This document shows, piece by piece, positions 17,451 to 26,030 of a DNA stretch of 32,000 nt. The notes beneath the pieces were generated by a model. The model was not told where the DNA came from. It did not search any database and saw only the letters and a program-made list of their open reading frames with translations. Each line of letters starts with the position of its first letter. The first letter of the stretch is position 1. The position numbers were made by a program, and so were the translations under genes. This stretch comes from Candidatus Brocadia sp. (lineage in GTDB: Bacteria; Planctomycetota; Brocadiia; Brocadiales; Brocadiaceae). The stretch covers positions 2,340,001 through 2,372,000 of the forward strand of contig CP091279.1 in assembly GCA_021650915.1 (NCBI GenBank), read 5' to 3'.

Positions 17451-19169
17451 GTAACTATTCAGCGTAATATCGCCCCCTATCGTTACGAGCTGGCAAAATC
17501 AGGCAATTTGCCGCGAAATACCATCCGTAATGCCTGACTTAAATTTACCCCTTGTTTTCGACAAGTCGAGAGATAACTACGGATGAGGCAGAAGATCTTC
17601 GCTCCGTCCAGAGAACGAAAACAGCCCGATATCTTCTGCTGAACCTTCGTCATCCTGATATCGTTTTCGGCCAGGTTATTCGTGAAGGGGACGTTTTTAT
17701 TGTCCATAAATCTGAGCACATCACCCTCATACTCCCGTAATCGTTCCAGGAGATTCCGTGCTTTTGTCCTTTTTACCCGCCCTCTTTTCCCCTTACGGTT
17801 CGTTTCATCAGGGGGCGGGCTTTCAGCTTCTGCGTTTTGCAATATCCCCCGGTACCTTTGCCGGTATTTCTCAGACTCGCCGTTTTCCAACAAACCCCCC
17901 GCATCCTTTACCGCACGGTTTATCTCTTCGAGCAGGGCTTTCATCTCTTTCGCCCACGGTTGCTTCTTATCCTCTTCCCACACCCCCTCCAATTCCCTCA
18001 GGTGGTGTGCATTACAGAGCGCATGTGTACAGCGGGTGTAGGTGTAATACGCCTTCAAATGGTCGTGACAAAGAATCCCCCGAAACTGGGGCAGTATCCC
18101 GATACTATCCATCGCTTCCGTCCCACGTCTTTCGTGAGGGAAAAAGTGTGTCCACAAACTATTGGATGCACTATGCAGCCAATACCTGTCTCCGTTCTTG
18201 TTGATGCTCGTTTCATCTGCCTGCAATACCTCTGATTTGACAAGTTCTTCCTTGGTTTTCCCCTCGAAGGCTTCCAGAGATTCGTAGGCATCCTTGTTAA
18301 AGTTGTAAAGAGAGCCTTCGCTCAGCGGTATCCCCATCTGCTCCTCAAAATACTCCTGGATCCTCTTATAGGGTATCAATTGATACTGTGACATATATAC
18401 TGCGTGCGCTTTCAAATCCGGCCCATACTGCACTGCCTTTGTCACCCCTTCCGGAAATGACGCTACAAACCTACTTCCCTCCGCATCCTCAACTATCTCT
18501 GCCCGATACTCCGTTACCACCCTTGAAATCTTCATATCAAACACCTGACGCGACTCATAACCGATCAACCTGTATTTGCCGCTCGGATACTTCCTCCGGT
18601 CTACTTTTATTACTTCCACCTTATCAGGATTGGCTACCTTTTTCAGCGTTACTCCATCATGACCCTCTTGCCCACCTGCCTTCCTCTCTCCTTTCGCCCT
18701 GCTCTTTCTCGTGCGATTCGGATCGCTTGCGGGCGGCTTACTACTGTTGCGACTGTTCCGGTTCAGACGTCCTACCAGCAGCGTTATCACTAACACCAAC
18801 AACTCTATCATTGACCTTATGGCAGGTGACAGACCTTTTTCCTCTGAAAGCAGCTTTTCTACTTTCCGCAGCGTTGCATCTATATCTATATTCTCTATCG
18901 TCAATGGATGGCACCGGTATTAATAGCCTGAAATCATCTCCTGCGGCTATTATACCACAGGCTTTTTCACCCATTTTTTTCACCCTCTACCGCCCTACAA
19001 AACTCTGTAATTCTCTGGCCGAACATACCCCACACCTCTCTTTGCAAAAACCTCCGATGGGCTACAGTGGCATCCTCCACAGCCATTTATTCTACCAACC
19101 AATTCTACTGCCCCCTTTTCTCATGTTGACTGTCAACTAAATTCTAAAATATTTTCGCTGAATAGTTAC
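17451..19169 (-). mobile_element. IS66-family insertion sequence (single-ORF, ISBst12-like layout)
   Basis: 14-bp terminal inverted repeats GTAACTATTCAGCG (17451-17464) / CGCTGAATAGTTAC (19156-19169) bracket the transposase ORF. No matching 8-bp direct repeat at the flanks (TATATTTC versus ACAAATAC). Confidence 0.75.
17483..18904 (-). CDS. IS66-family transposase
   Basis: 473-aa intact ORF. NSSKPPASDP, QADETSINKNGDRYWLH, CNAHHLRELEG, VPFTNNLAENDIRMTKVQQKISGCFRSLDGAKIFCLIRSYLSTCRKQG are characteristic IS66 TnpC blocks. Confidence 0.9.
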   Translation of the reverse strand: MTIENIDIDATLRKVEKLLSEEKGLSPAIRSMIELLVLVITLLVGRLNRNSRNSSKPPASDPNRTRKSRAKGERKAGGQEGHDGVTLKKVANPDKVEVIKVDRRKYPSGKYRLIGYESRQVFDMKISRVVTEYRAEIVEDAEGSRFVASFPEGVTKAVQYGPDLKAHAVYMSQYQLIPYKRIQEYFEEQMGIPLSEGSLYNFNKDAYESLEAFEGKTKEELVKSEVLQADETSINKNGDRYWLHSASNSLWTHFFPHERRGTEAMDSIGILPQFRGILCHDHLKAYYTYTRCTHALCNAHHLRELEGVWEEDKKQPWAKEMKALLEEINRAVKDAGGLLENGESEKYRQRYRGILQNAEAESPPPDETNRKGKRGRVKRTKARNLLERLREYEGDVLRFMDNKNVPFTNNLAENDIRMTKVQQKISGCFRSLDGAKIFCLIRSYLSTCRKQGVNLSQALRMVFRGKLPDFASS

Positions 19170-19239
19170 ACAAATACAGGATAGAGTGCGTGCTTATTTC
19201 AATAATAAAACAACGAGGTATGCTGCAGCATGTTAATAT

Positions 19240-19259
19240 TATTATGAGACGATTAATAT
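19240..19259. repeat. 20-bp repeat TATTATGAGACGATTAATAT, right (inverted) copy
   Basis: Exact reverse complement of 12995-13014. Confidence 0.85.
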
Positions 19260-19344
19260 AGCACTGCAAAACAGCATTTATATGTTTCGTTATTAATATG
19301 TCTCTACACTACTACAAATCACAAATTGTGAGCCTGTGGAGTAT

Positions 19345-19391
19345 AGTATTGGTGGATTCGGCGTAAAAACCAACGCCTTAATCCACCCTAC
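19345..19391. repeat. REP-like palindromic element, copy B
   Basis: AGTATTGGTGGATTCGGCGTAAAAACCAACGCCTTAATCCACCCTAC. Stems GGTGGATT/AATCCACC and GGCGT/ACGCC. Matches the reverse complement of 3210-3255. Confidence 0.75.
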
Positions 19392-19482
19392 TCATAACTA
19401 GTGTCTGAACGAAAACGCACTTTTTGTAAAAGTGCGAGGTCGATTTTCTATTTACCAATAGATAATTTTAAGATTTGAGATT

Positions 19483-21159
19483 AGGGTTTTTGGCAAAAAT
19501 ACTGTTCTTTTACATATTTCCCTTGTTTTCCCCTTTATTTTAGCCTTGTCTGGGCGTACCTGCCTCCCGGCAGACTGTTTTTCTTCGTGTTTTTTGCTTG
19601 CTTAGGCGGCTTTTCGCAACTTTTCGCACTGCTTCCGTGCCTTCTCCTGCAGCACGTTTCCCAGCTTGTGCAAATTCGCAGCTAACACGCCCATTGCACA
19701 ATATCTTTTAAAGGCATGCAGCCCTTTGTCCGGACACCTATCCAAGCCGTGATGCTCCAAACGATTGATATCCGATTCTACCGCCGAGTGCTTGTGCCTT
19801 AGCTTCTTAAATGTCTTACCCGATTCCTCTTCCTGTTCCGCCTTATTCTTCTTGCCCTTCTTGGGAAGGATTACCTCTGGTATATACAAACTCAGCAACT
19901 CTTTATTCTCTTTCTTGTAAAAACCTTTATCAAAACTTATACTCTTTATTGTGCCTTCTCCGTAACGGCTCAACAACCTATCTGCCAATGGAATTACCAA
20001 CGATACATCCGCCTGTTTTTCTCCTACCACATGGTCCACGATGAAACCCCACTGATCGCTTGCTACCAGAATATTATGTCCCAACTCTACCCTTTTGTTT
20101 GACTTGCCTTTGTACAGCCACTCCGTATGCGGCTCAAACAACGAATGAACCTTTTCTGCCGCCGGTATTACCTCATCCCGGATCACCCTTCTCTCCACCA
20201 GGTCTATCTGTTTATTCAACATCCCGTGAAAATACTCCAGTGTCCCTATTTTCCCTGCATGCTTGTCTACCTGGTTCGTCGTTAGCACCTTTTCGTAGAT
20301 GGCTAACAGACTCGCTCCTATCTTTTCACTCAAACCCCTCGATAATTCCAAGTAACTCCTCACATGCTCTTCCTTGTTTTTCCCCCCGCTGCTTGACGCC
20401 TTTGCGCTTATCCTCATCAGCTTTTTTAACTCTCTCCTCCAATATTTGCTCTTGCGCCATCCTTTCCCCGCCAGGATGCCTTCCTCTATTGCATCCTCTA
20501 TCATGTCCAGACTCTTGCGTCCCGCATCCCACAATAAATTCATATCGGTCGGAAAGTGTACATTCGTCTCTAACACATACGTATCCACCTTAATACACAG
20601 TCCTTCGTCCTTTTTTTTAACCAACTGATGCCCCGATGATATCACCACTTCATTTATCTGCCTGAGGGTCTCCTCATCCAACAATCTTATATTGTCCTTG
20701 ATGCTCTGCATCGAAAAAACCTTCGCCTCTCCAAATGCCGTCTCAACCCCCATTATCTGCCTGATAAGTTTGTGATGGTTGGCAAAATCCTCCAACCTGT
20801 CATAATCGGCATCTAACCCTAATCTTACCACCGACAACACCAAAATATGCCATAAATCCATCCCATATCTTCCCGTCTTTTTCTTCCCCTTCGTTACCTT
20901 CGCCTCTAATATCCGGAATACCTCCTCGTTCAACTCCGGTGTAACATAGATATGTTGCAACGCCCTCAGTATCGGTGGTAGCTCATCTCGACTCTTTATT
21001 GGCAGTTTTACCCCTGAAATGGGTATGATGCCAAGCTTCAATTGCTGCTCAAATCTCTTTCTCATCTTCTATCGAATGTCCTTTGGCTAGTGGGTTAATG
21101 AACCGAATATTTGGACTCTTTATACCCAGAATCCCTTCATTTTCGCCATATTTTACCCT
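19483..21159 (-). mobile_element. IS5/IS1182/ISNCY-like insertion sequence (ends approximate)
   Basis: Transposase ORF 19602-21065. Weak subterminal inverted similarity AGGGTTTTTGGCAAAAAT (19483-19500) versus ATTTTCGCCATATTTTACCCT (21139-21159). True termini not established. Confidence 0.4.
19602..21065 (-). CDS. DDE transposase (IS5/IS1182/ISNCY-like; family not resolved by eye)
   Basis: 487-aa intact ORF. N-terminus MRKRFEQQLKLGIIPISGVKLPIKSRDELPPILRALQHIYVTPELNEE. C-terminal LRHKHSAVESDINRLEHHGLDRCPDKGLHAFKRYCAMGVLAANLHKLG resembles the DDE_Tnp_1 C-terminal block. Confidence 0.75.
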   Translation of the reverse strand: MRKRFEQQLKLGIIPISGVKLPIKSRDELPPILRALQHIYVTPELNEEVFRILEAKVTKGKKKTGRYGMDLWHILVLSVVRLGLDADYDRLEDFANHHKLIRQIMGVETAFGEAKVFSMQSIKDNIRLLDEETLRQINEVVISSGHQLVKKKDEGLCIKVDTYVLETNVHFPTDMNLLWDAGRKSLDMIEDAIEEGILAGKGWRKSKYWRRELKKLMRISAKASSSGGKNKEEHVRSYLELSRGLSEKIGASLLAIYEKVLTTNQVDKHAGKIGTLEYFHGMLNKQIDLVERRVIRDEVIPAAEKVHSLFEPHTEWLYKGKSNKRVELGHNILVASDQWGFIVDHVVGEKQADVSLVIPLADRLLSRYGEGTIKSISFDKGFYKKENKELLSLYIPEVILPKKGKKNKAEQEEESGKTFKKLRHKHSAVESDINRLEHHGLDRCPDKGLHAFKRYCAMGVLAANLHKLGNVLQEKARKQCEKLRKAA

Positions 21160-21177
21160 TTTACCCGAAAAAATTCA

Positions 21178-21723
21178 ATGACTTTCATGAACATTTTTCA
21201 CCAGCTTCTCCTTACTTTACAGGGCTCTGGGGGGTTTCCGTTCAAACACTACATAGACTTTTTTTACCAAATGGCCGATGAACTGGACAAAATCTCTCTT
21301 GGTACGACGGGTTGTCACTTCAACCTGTCTACAACCACCATTAGGTTCAACTGCCATGAAAATATTACGGGTGCCGGCACGTTTATACTCGCAGTCCTCT
21401 TTGACAGGATTGCCCGGACTGGCAGGAATTGGGAGGCGCGGTTGTTCCAAAAGCTGCTTACTCTTCTCGTCTACGCAAATCACTGGCTCGTCCTCACAAT
21501 AAGACCTCGTGTAGAGTTCCAGCAAATCATACATCCTTTGGCGGTATTCCTCAGTCAATTTACCAATATACCACATCAATTTCCGCCAAGGCTTACAGTC
21601 GTTTTTTTTAGAAAGAGACGGATACTTTCACGACTAATCTTTCTAAGTTTTAGCTGTTGCCTTGTTGCTTCAGTCAACAAGGCGATTGTCCAGCGCCTGG
21701 CACCCTTCGGTGGTGCACTACAT
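21178..21723 (-). pseudogene. IS630-family transposase, central fragment (3'-truncated; A8 frameshift site)
   Basis: My minus-strand translation: CSAPPKGARRWTIALLTEATRQQLKLRKISRESIRLFLKK, frame change in the A8 run (plus-strand T8 at 21602-21609), then NDCKPWRKLMWYIGKLTEEYRQRMYDLLELY...VICVDEKSKQLL...YEYKRAGTRNIFMAVEPNGG...RRTKRDFVQFI. Homology is lost near 21180-21220, next to the IS5/ISNCY-like element. Confidence 0.75.
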
Positions 21724-23576
21724 CGGATGTTCACCTCAAGGCAAAAAACAAAAAGGCTGCGAAAGCCTTAATTTTACTGGCTTATTTGTTGCCTGGTAAG
21801 TTTTTTTCTTGTGACTACCCGTAGGTTCCGGCTTGGCAATGCCTCCGGCAGCTTTACCTGCAATGCCTCTAACAATTCACGTGATTGTTGCCGTGGATGT
21901 GGTATCTTCTGGCAATGCGCCTTTTGACCCTTCACCTTCACTTCCACGGAACAAATGGTAGTCAATTGTTTGAGTCCTTCCTCTACCGTCAGATCAAAAC
22001 TCTTCCACGCATCACGTAACCTTCGGATTATCAGGTACGCAAGCATTACCACAAACACATGCCCTTTTGTACTCTCTTCTTTCCTCACGTATACAGGACG
22101 AACCTCAAGATTCACCGTCTTGCACCCCCGAAACACCTTCTCCACCTCTGACAAGTCCTTGTACCGGTCGTGCACCAGATCGGTATCCGCATCGCCCTCC
22201 TTCAGATCGGTCTTGATTACATAACATCCATCAAGATACGATTCTTCCTTGAATGCTTCTTCATTGTTCTCAATCTTCAGCGCCCCGGCCTCGTCTTTTA
22301 TCTGCACCCACCCCTCAAGCTTCAGCTTCCCGAGCTTCTCCTTCGCTGCCTCCAGCGCCTTCGATATCGATGCCTTCGGATGCTCTTTGAGATAGCTGTT
22401 CTTCTTATCGATATAGTCTCCCCATATGCTGTAGTTTTGACATGCGAGTCTTCGCCATCTCTTCTGCCCTTATCGGATTGCGTCTCAGAATATACCGAAC
22501 CCCCTCACTCTTTATCTCGCAGAGCTTTTCTTCAAACAACCCTAACTGCAGAATCCCTTGTTTTATCAACGACTCGATCTGCGGCTTGGTTATCGCCGTT
22601 ATGTAATGAAATCCTTCCGGCAAACATTCGATTTGCATCGTCTTGATCATCCCCCGATCACCTACCATGGTCACCCCGGTGCACCCAAACCGTTCTGCCG
22701 TCTTCTTTACCTGAGACTCAAAGGTCTTTGGGTCCTGGGTATTGCCCCGAAATACCTCCGTGGACACCGGCTCCCCAAATTCATCACACAGCATACCAAT
22801 CACGATCTGCTTCTTCCCCTTCTTGCCGTCACGATTATACCCGTACTCACCAAAATGATTTAACTCCCCCTCCACATAACTGCTCGTCACGTCATACAGA
22901 AACAGCTTCGGCTTCTTGCCTGCCCGTCTTGCATCAAACAACGTTCGCTCTATCTTTGCCTGATGCTCCGATAACCACGATAAATTATCGTAGAGATCAT
23001 TCTCGTCGAACCCCCGCTTCATACCCAGCACATCACCCGCCGCATGCACCTGCGCCAGCCTTACCGCCGAGAGTCTTGACCCCTGATTTATCACCCGCGA
23101 CATTACCTGCCACAGCGCCAGTCTCCCCTGAAAATCCTTCCCCAACGCCTCCTCTATCCCTAATTCCTTTGCCACCTGGTACACACTCCAGATCGCCCCC
23201 ACGGACATCCCCTCCTGGAGTTCCACCGATCCTGACAATGCCCCCAATGCAGTGAGATCCTCTTTATGGCTGAGGGCAAGCTTTATCGCTTCTATCTCCC
23301 GCGATGTGCAGTTCGACAGATTTGCAATGGTACGCTTCCTGACCTTTCCGCCTTCCCGATACGATTCCCGTAAAAGGATGGAACGGTAGATTTTTTTGCC
23401 GGATTTTGATTTGTTTTCCACAATATGCATATCCACTATGATACACTATATTATTCAATATTTTAAGCATATTGTTGAATAATAACAATATATTAGTGAC
23501 TACATAATTGCAGACAAAACAATGCTAACTGTCAATATATTAAATACTTATGTGTTTTGCTTGGGGTGAACATCCG
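21724..23576 (-). mobile_element. IS1634-family insertion sequence #2 (1853 bp, complete ends)
   Basis: TIRs CGGATGTTCACCTCAAGGCAAAA (21724-) and its inverted partner ...TTTTGCTTGGGGTGAACATCCG (-23576), 2 mismatches over ~22 bp. 6-bp direct repeat CTACAT at 21718-21723 and 23577-23582. Removing the element plus one repeat restores the IS630 reading frame. Confidence 0.85.
21774..23436 (-). pseudogene. IS1634-family transposase with one frameshift
   Basis: ORF 22405-23436 (ENKSKSGKKIYRSILLRESYREGGKVRKRTIANL... DDE core) and ORF 21774-22307. The second frame is actually open from ~22460 (..SIWGDYIDKKNSYLKEHPKASISKALEAAKEKLGKLKLEGWVQIKDE..), so a single 1-nt indel near 22425-22440 separates them. 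Confidence 0.8.
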
Positions 23577-23921
23577 CTACATGCCAAAGCTACGACTTCG
23601 GCTTGTTGGTTGGTTCCGTATTTTACCGGTTGGCCGGGTCTGACAACATCGTGAAGTGCATAATCCAAGCCCTTCTCAAGATATGCAGAGCGTGTCCGCC
23701 AAATGGCAGTGCGGCCAACACCCAGAACAGACAGAATATGTTTTTCAGGCACATTTTGGTCTAAAGCCGATAATATATGCGCACGATTGACTTCTCTTGT
23801 CATGTGCTGCCCCTTGGAGCGAAATGACTTCAAGTTTGCTCGTTCTTCCTCGGTAAGTTGAATTTTTGCTTGTCTCATGAAGCACAGCATAATGTATTGT
23901 AATTAATTTGTCAACACACTA
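23577..23921 (-). pseudogene. IS630-family transposase, N-terminal HTH fragment plus element end
   Basis: MRQAKIQLTEEERANLKSFRSKGQHMTREVNRAHILSALDQNVPEKHILSVLGVGRTAIWRTRSAYLEKGLDYALHDVVRPGQPVKYGTNQQAEVVALAC, then interrupted at 23577. Upstream on the minus strand: TTGACA (23909-23914) - 17 nt - TATGCT (23886-23891), promoter-like. Element end inferred near the TA at 23920-23921. Confidence 0.75.
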
Positions 23922-24459
23922 GAGAGTGGTGAAGCCCAGACCTTTTTGGAAAAAGAAGGAAGTCTATCAAGCTGAGGGGTAGCGTGATAAAGCGATGATA
24001 GGGAGCAATGGGTGGTTGGAGACGGAATGGCAGGAAGACAAGGTGCATGAATCAGGGATACCTGACAGAGGGAGTGACAAAGTCAGGAGTCAGAGACTTC
24101 ATAAGAGCGAAGAAGCATCGTAATGGATGTGGAGCGAAGGGAGGCAGGAAGGTGGAGGTATGAAGTGGGTAAGCTGGGAAGACAAACCAAGGTGAGTGGC
24201 AGAAATGCCTAAACAAGTTGGAGAAATCCGTAGAAACGGATTTGAACTTGGCTTATAGCGGACTGCCTGTTGACGGCTTGCATAAGGTGAATGATGAGAA
24301 TCGATGTCATCATTATGAGGTATGAATTGTTCACGTATCCGCAATTTATATTTTCAACGGTCAATCCCGAAGGGGTAACCACTGACTGGAGAGCCGTATG
24401 CGGGAGATCCGCCTGTATGGTTCGGAGGGAGGGGAGGCGAAAGCCTTCCCTACCCCTAT
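23922..24459 (+). mobile_element. ORF-less group II intron (or 3' ~540 nt of one; 5' end abuts the IS630 remnant)
   Basis: Canonical domain V and VI at the 3' end (see next feature). Purine-rich structured-looking upstream sequence without any RT-like ORF in six frames. Short hairpin AATGATGA/TCATCATT (24290-24314) where domain IV would be. No clear GUGYG at the left edge. Confidence 0.7.
24391..24459 (+). ncRNA. group II intron domains V and VI
   Basis: DV is GAGCCGTATGCGGGAGATCCGCCTGTATGGTTC (24391-24423): AGC triad, 9-bp lower helix with G-U pairs, 2-nt CU bulge on the 3' strand, 4-bp upper helix. DVI is GGAGGGAGGGGAGGC-GAAA-GCCTTCCCTACCCCTAT: 9-bp helix, GAAA loop, unpaired A at 24452 seven nt before the terminal ...CTAT (24459). 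Confidence 0.85.
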
Positions 24460-24573
24460 CAACCGCAACCTTGAAATTTTTGTACCTTAAAGATACCAAT
24501 ATGCCTTTTTATCTGAAATGAGTTTCTTACTACTACTCGTTTCTCAATGAACCTAATCCTGAGGTACCTTTTC

Positions 24574-25968
24574 TTAAATTCGCTGTGTTTCCTGAACCTT
24601 GTATTTTCTTGGGTCTGTGGCAGTAATAATTGCTGACACGGAATGCTGGTTAAACCCTTTAAATCCCTGGGTTCTCTGGATATTTTCCAGGTGACTGCTT
24701 ATTGCGCCAGTTTTGTGAAATGTCTCACGCTGTGTCCCAGTTATTGAGCCTTTTTTCAGAAGATCGTCCAGCCGCTTTGTATCAACACGCCACGTTTCCC
24801 CATCGGTGAATGCCTGTTTCAGAAATTCAAAATAAGAGAAGGGGGGCATCGTATTGACATTCGATTGCTTCAGGCCAGCGCTCAATTTTTCAAAATCAAA
24901 CCGTGCCGCAAGATGATGCAGCCCGGACTGCAGGATGCTTTCCCCGTGCAACTCCACCCACAACCCGACCGTGCCACGATGAGAAGTTTGCGTCAACCCC
25001 TCGCGGGCAAAATCCTTGTCCCGTTCTTCTTTCAGGAGATCGATATCGGTAAAAAGCACGATGTTGCATTCCGGGTGCTCTAAGACCTGTGCTCCCCATC
25101 CTGCCTCCTCTCCGGCAAAGAACTGTTCACGGCAGACAAACCCAAGGGTTTCAAAGATTTTTATGAGCCGGGTGAAATTCTCCCGCGATGAGCGGTACGT
25201 GTGGTGATCATGATTTCCCCAGCCCAGACCCAACCTGTCCTGCCGGGCCTTTTGTATCTGACCGGCCCAGTTTCTTCTTTCCCAGTATGCCCGTTCTGCC
25301 CTGAAAAAGGCATCGGTTGCCCTTGCCGGTGTGAGTCTCTTGCAGGTATCCTCAATCAGTTTCTGTACGGCATGCATGCCATCCTCGAGGCTTTCGTAAT
25401 ACCGCTGCCTGCAGAAAAATCCTTCCAGCGCTTGCCGGTATTCCCCGGTATCTTCGGTTGCCTTCTCAGATACGCAAAAGCCATTATACCCTCTCCTTTC
25501 CACGGCAGAGAGGATATGATCTCCCTGGGCAGAGACTATGGCCTTCCTGTATGGCCCGTAGATACTACCTTGCAGGGAGAACCCCTTTCCCATTACCTGA
25601 ATAAAGTGATCAAGCCGTTCTGGTTTTAATGCAACTTCGGTAAATCTTTTTTTTGTGAGCAAGACGGGGAAGAAAATGGCCCCGCGATGGATAAAGACCC
25701 GCATACCGGGTGGGGCTTCGGGATGGCCAGCCTCCTCAAACCCGGCTTCCTTCATTGCCGTGGCGCTGAGGACGTCCTCAGGCAGTACCATATGGTCAAT
25801 CCAGTCAGGGAATCGTGTTGAGGTATCCCGTTCTATCGCGGAAGCAAGTTCACGGGCAAAGTTGTTATTATGCAGAAATTTGTCGATATGCCCAGCCAGG
25901 AGATCTTCAGCATGAGGATACAGTTTCCAGTCGAATTCAGATGGAAATCCACGATTTGATGGTTTCAT
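24574..25968 (-). CDS. conserved hypothetical protein, possibly a VOC/DUF1338-like metal-dependent enzyme
   Basis: 464-aa ORF with good coding appearance. Candidate metal-ligand-like segments GWGNHDHHTYRSS, GLHHLAARFDFEKL, SSHLENIQRTQGFKGFNQ recall DUF1338/HPPD-type folds. Assignment is from memory of motif style only. Confidence 0.35.
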   Translation of the reverse strand: MKPSNRGFPSEFDWKLYPHAEDLLAGHIDKFLHNNNFARELASAIERDTSTRFPDWIDHMVLPEDVLSATAMKEAGFEEAGHPEAPPGMRVFIHRGAIFFPVLLTKKRFTEVALKPERLDHFIQVMGKGFSLQGSIYGPYRKAIVSAQGDHILSAVERRGYNGFCVSEKATEDTGEYRQALEGFFCRQRYYESLEDGMHAVQKLIEDTCKRLTPARATDAFFRAERAYWERRNWAGQIQKARQDRLGLGWGNHDHHTYRSSRENFTRLIKIFETLGFVCREQFFAGEEAGWGAQVLEHPECNIVLFTDIDLLKEERDKDFAREGLTQTSHRGTVGLWVELHGESILQSGLHHLAARFDFEKLSAGLKQSNVNTMPPFSYFEFLKQAFTDGETWRVDTKRLDDLLKKGSITGTQRETFHKTGAISSHLENIQRTQGFKGFNQHSVSAIITATDPRKYKVQETQRI

Positions 25969-26030
25969 AAAGCGCCTCCGAAGAAGGAAAACGATTGTAA
26001 TCTTGCCTGTTTATGTTTTAATAGAATTCC

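Noticed and set aside
18388-19140. 250-aa + strand ORF antisense to the IS66 transposase (and similar P/S/L-rich antisense ORFs at 17758-18235, 20060-20593, 22728-23255, 15758-16330)
   Set aside because: Low-complexity Pro/Ser/Leu-rich translations fully overlapping well-supported transposase genes on the other strand.
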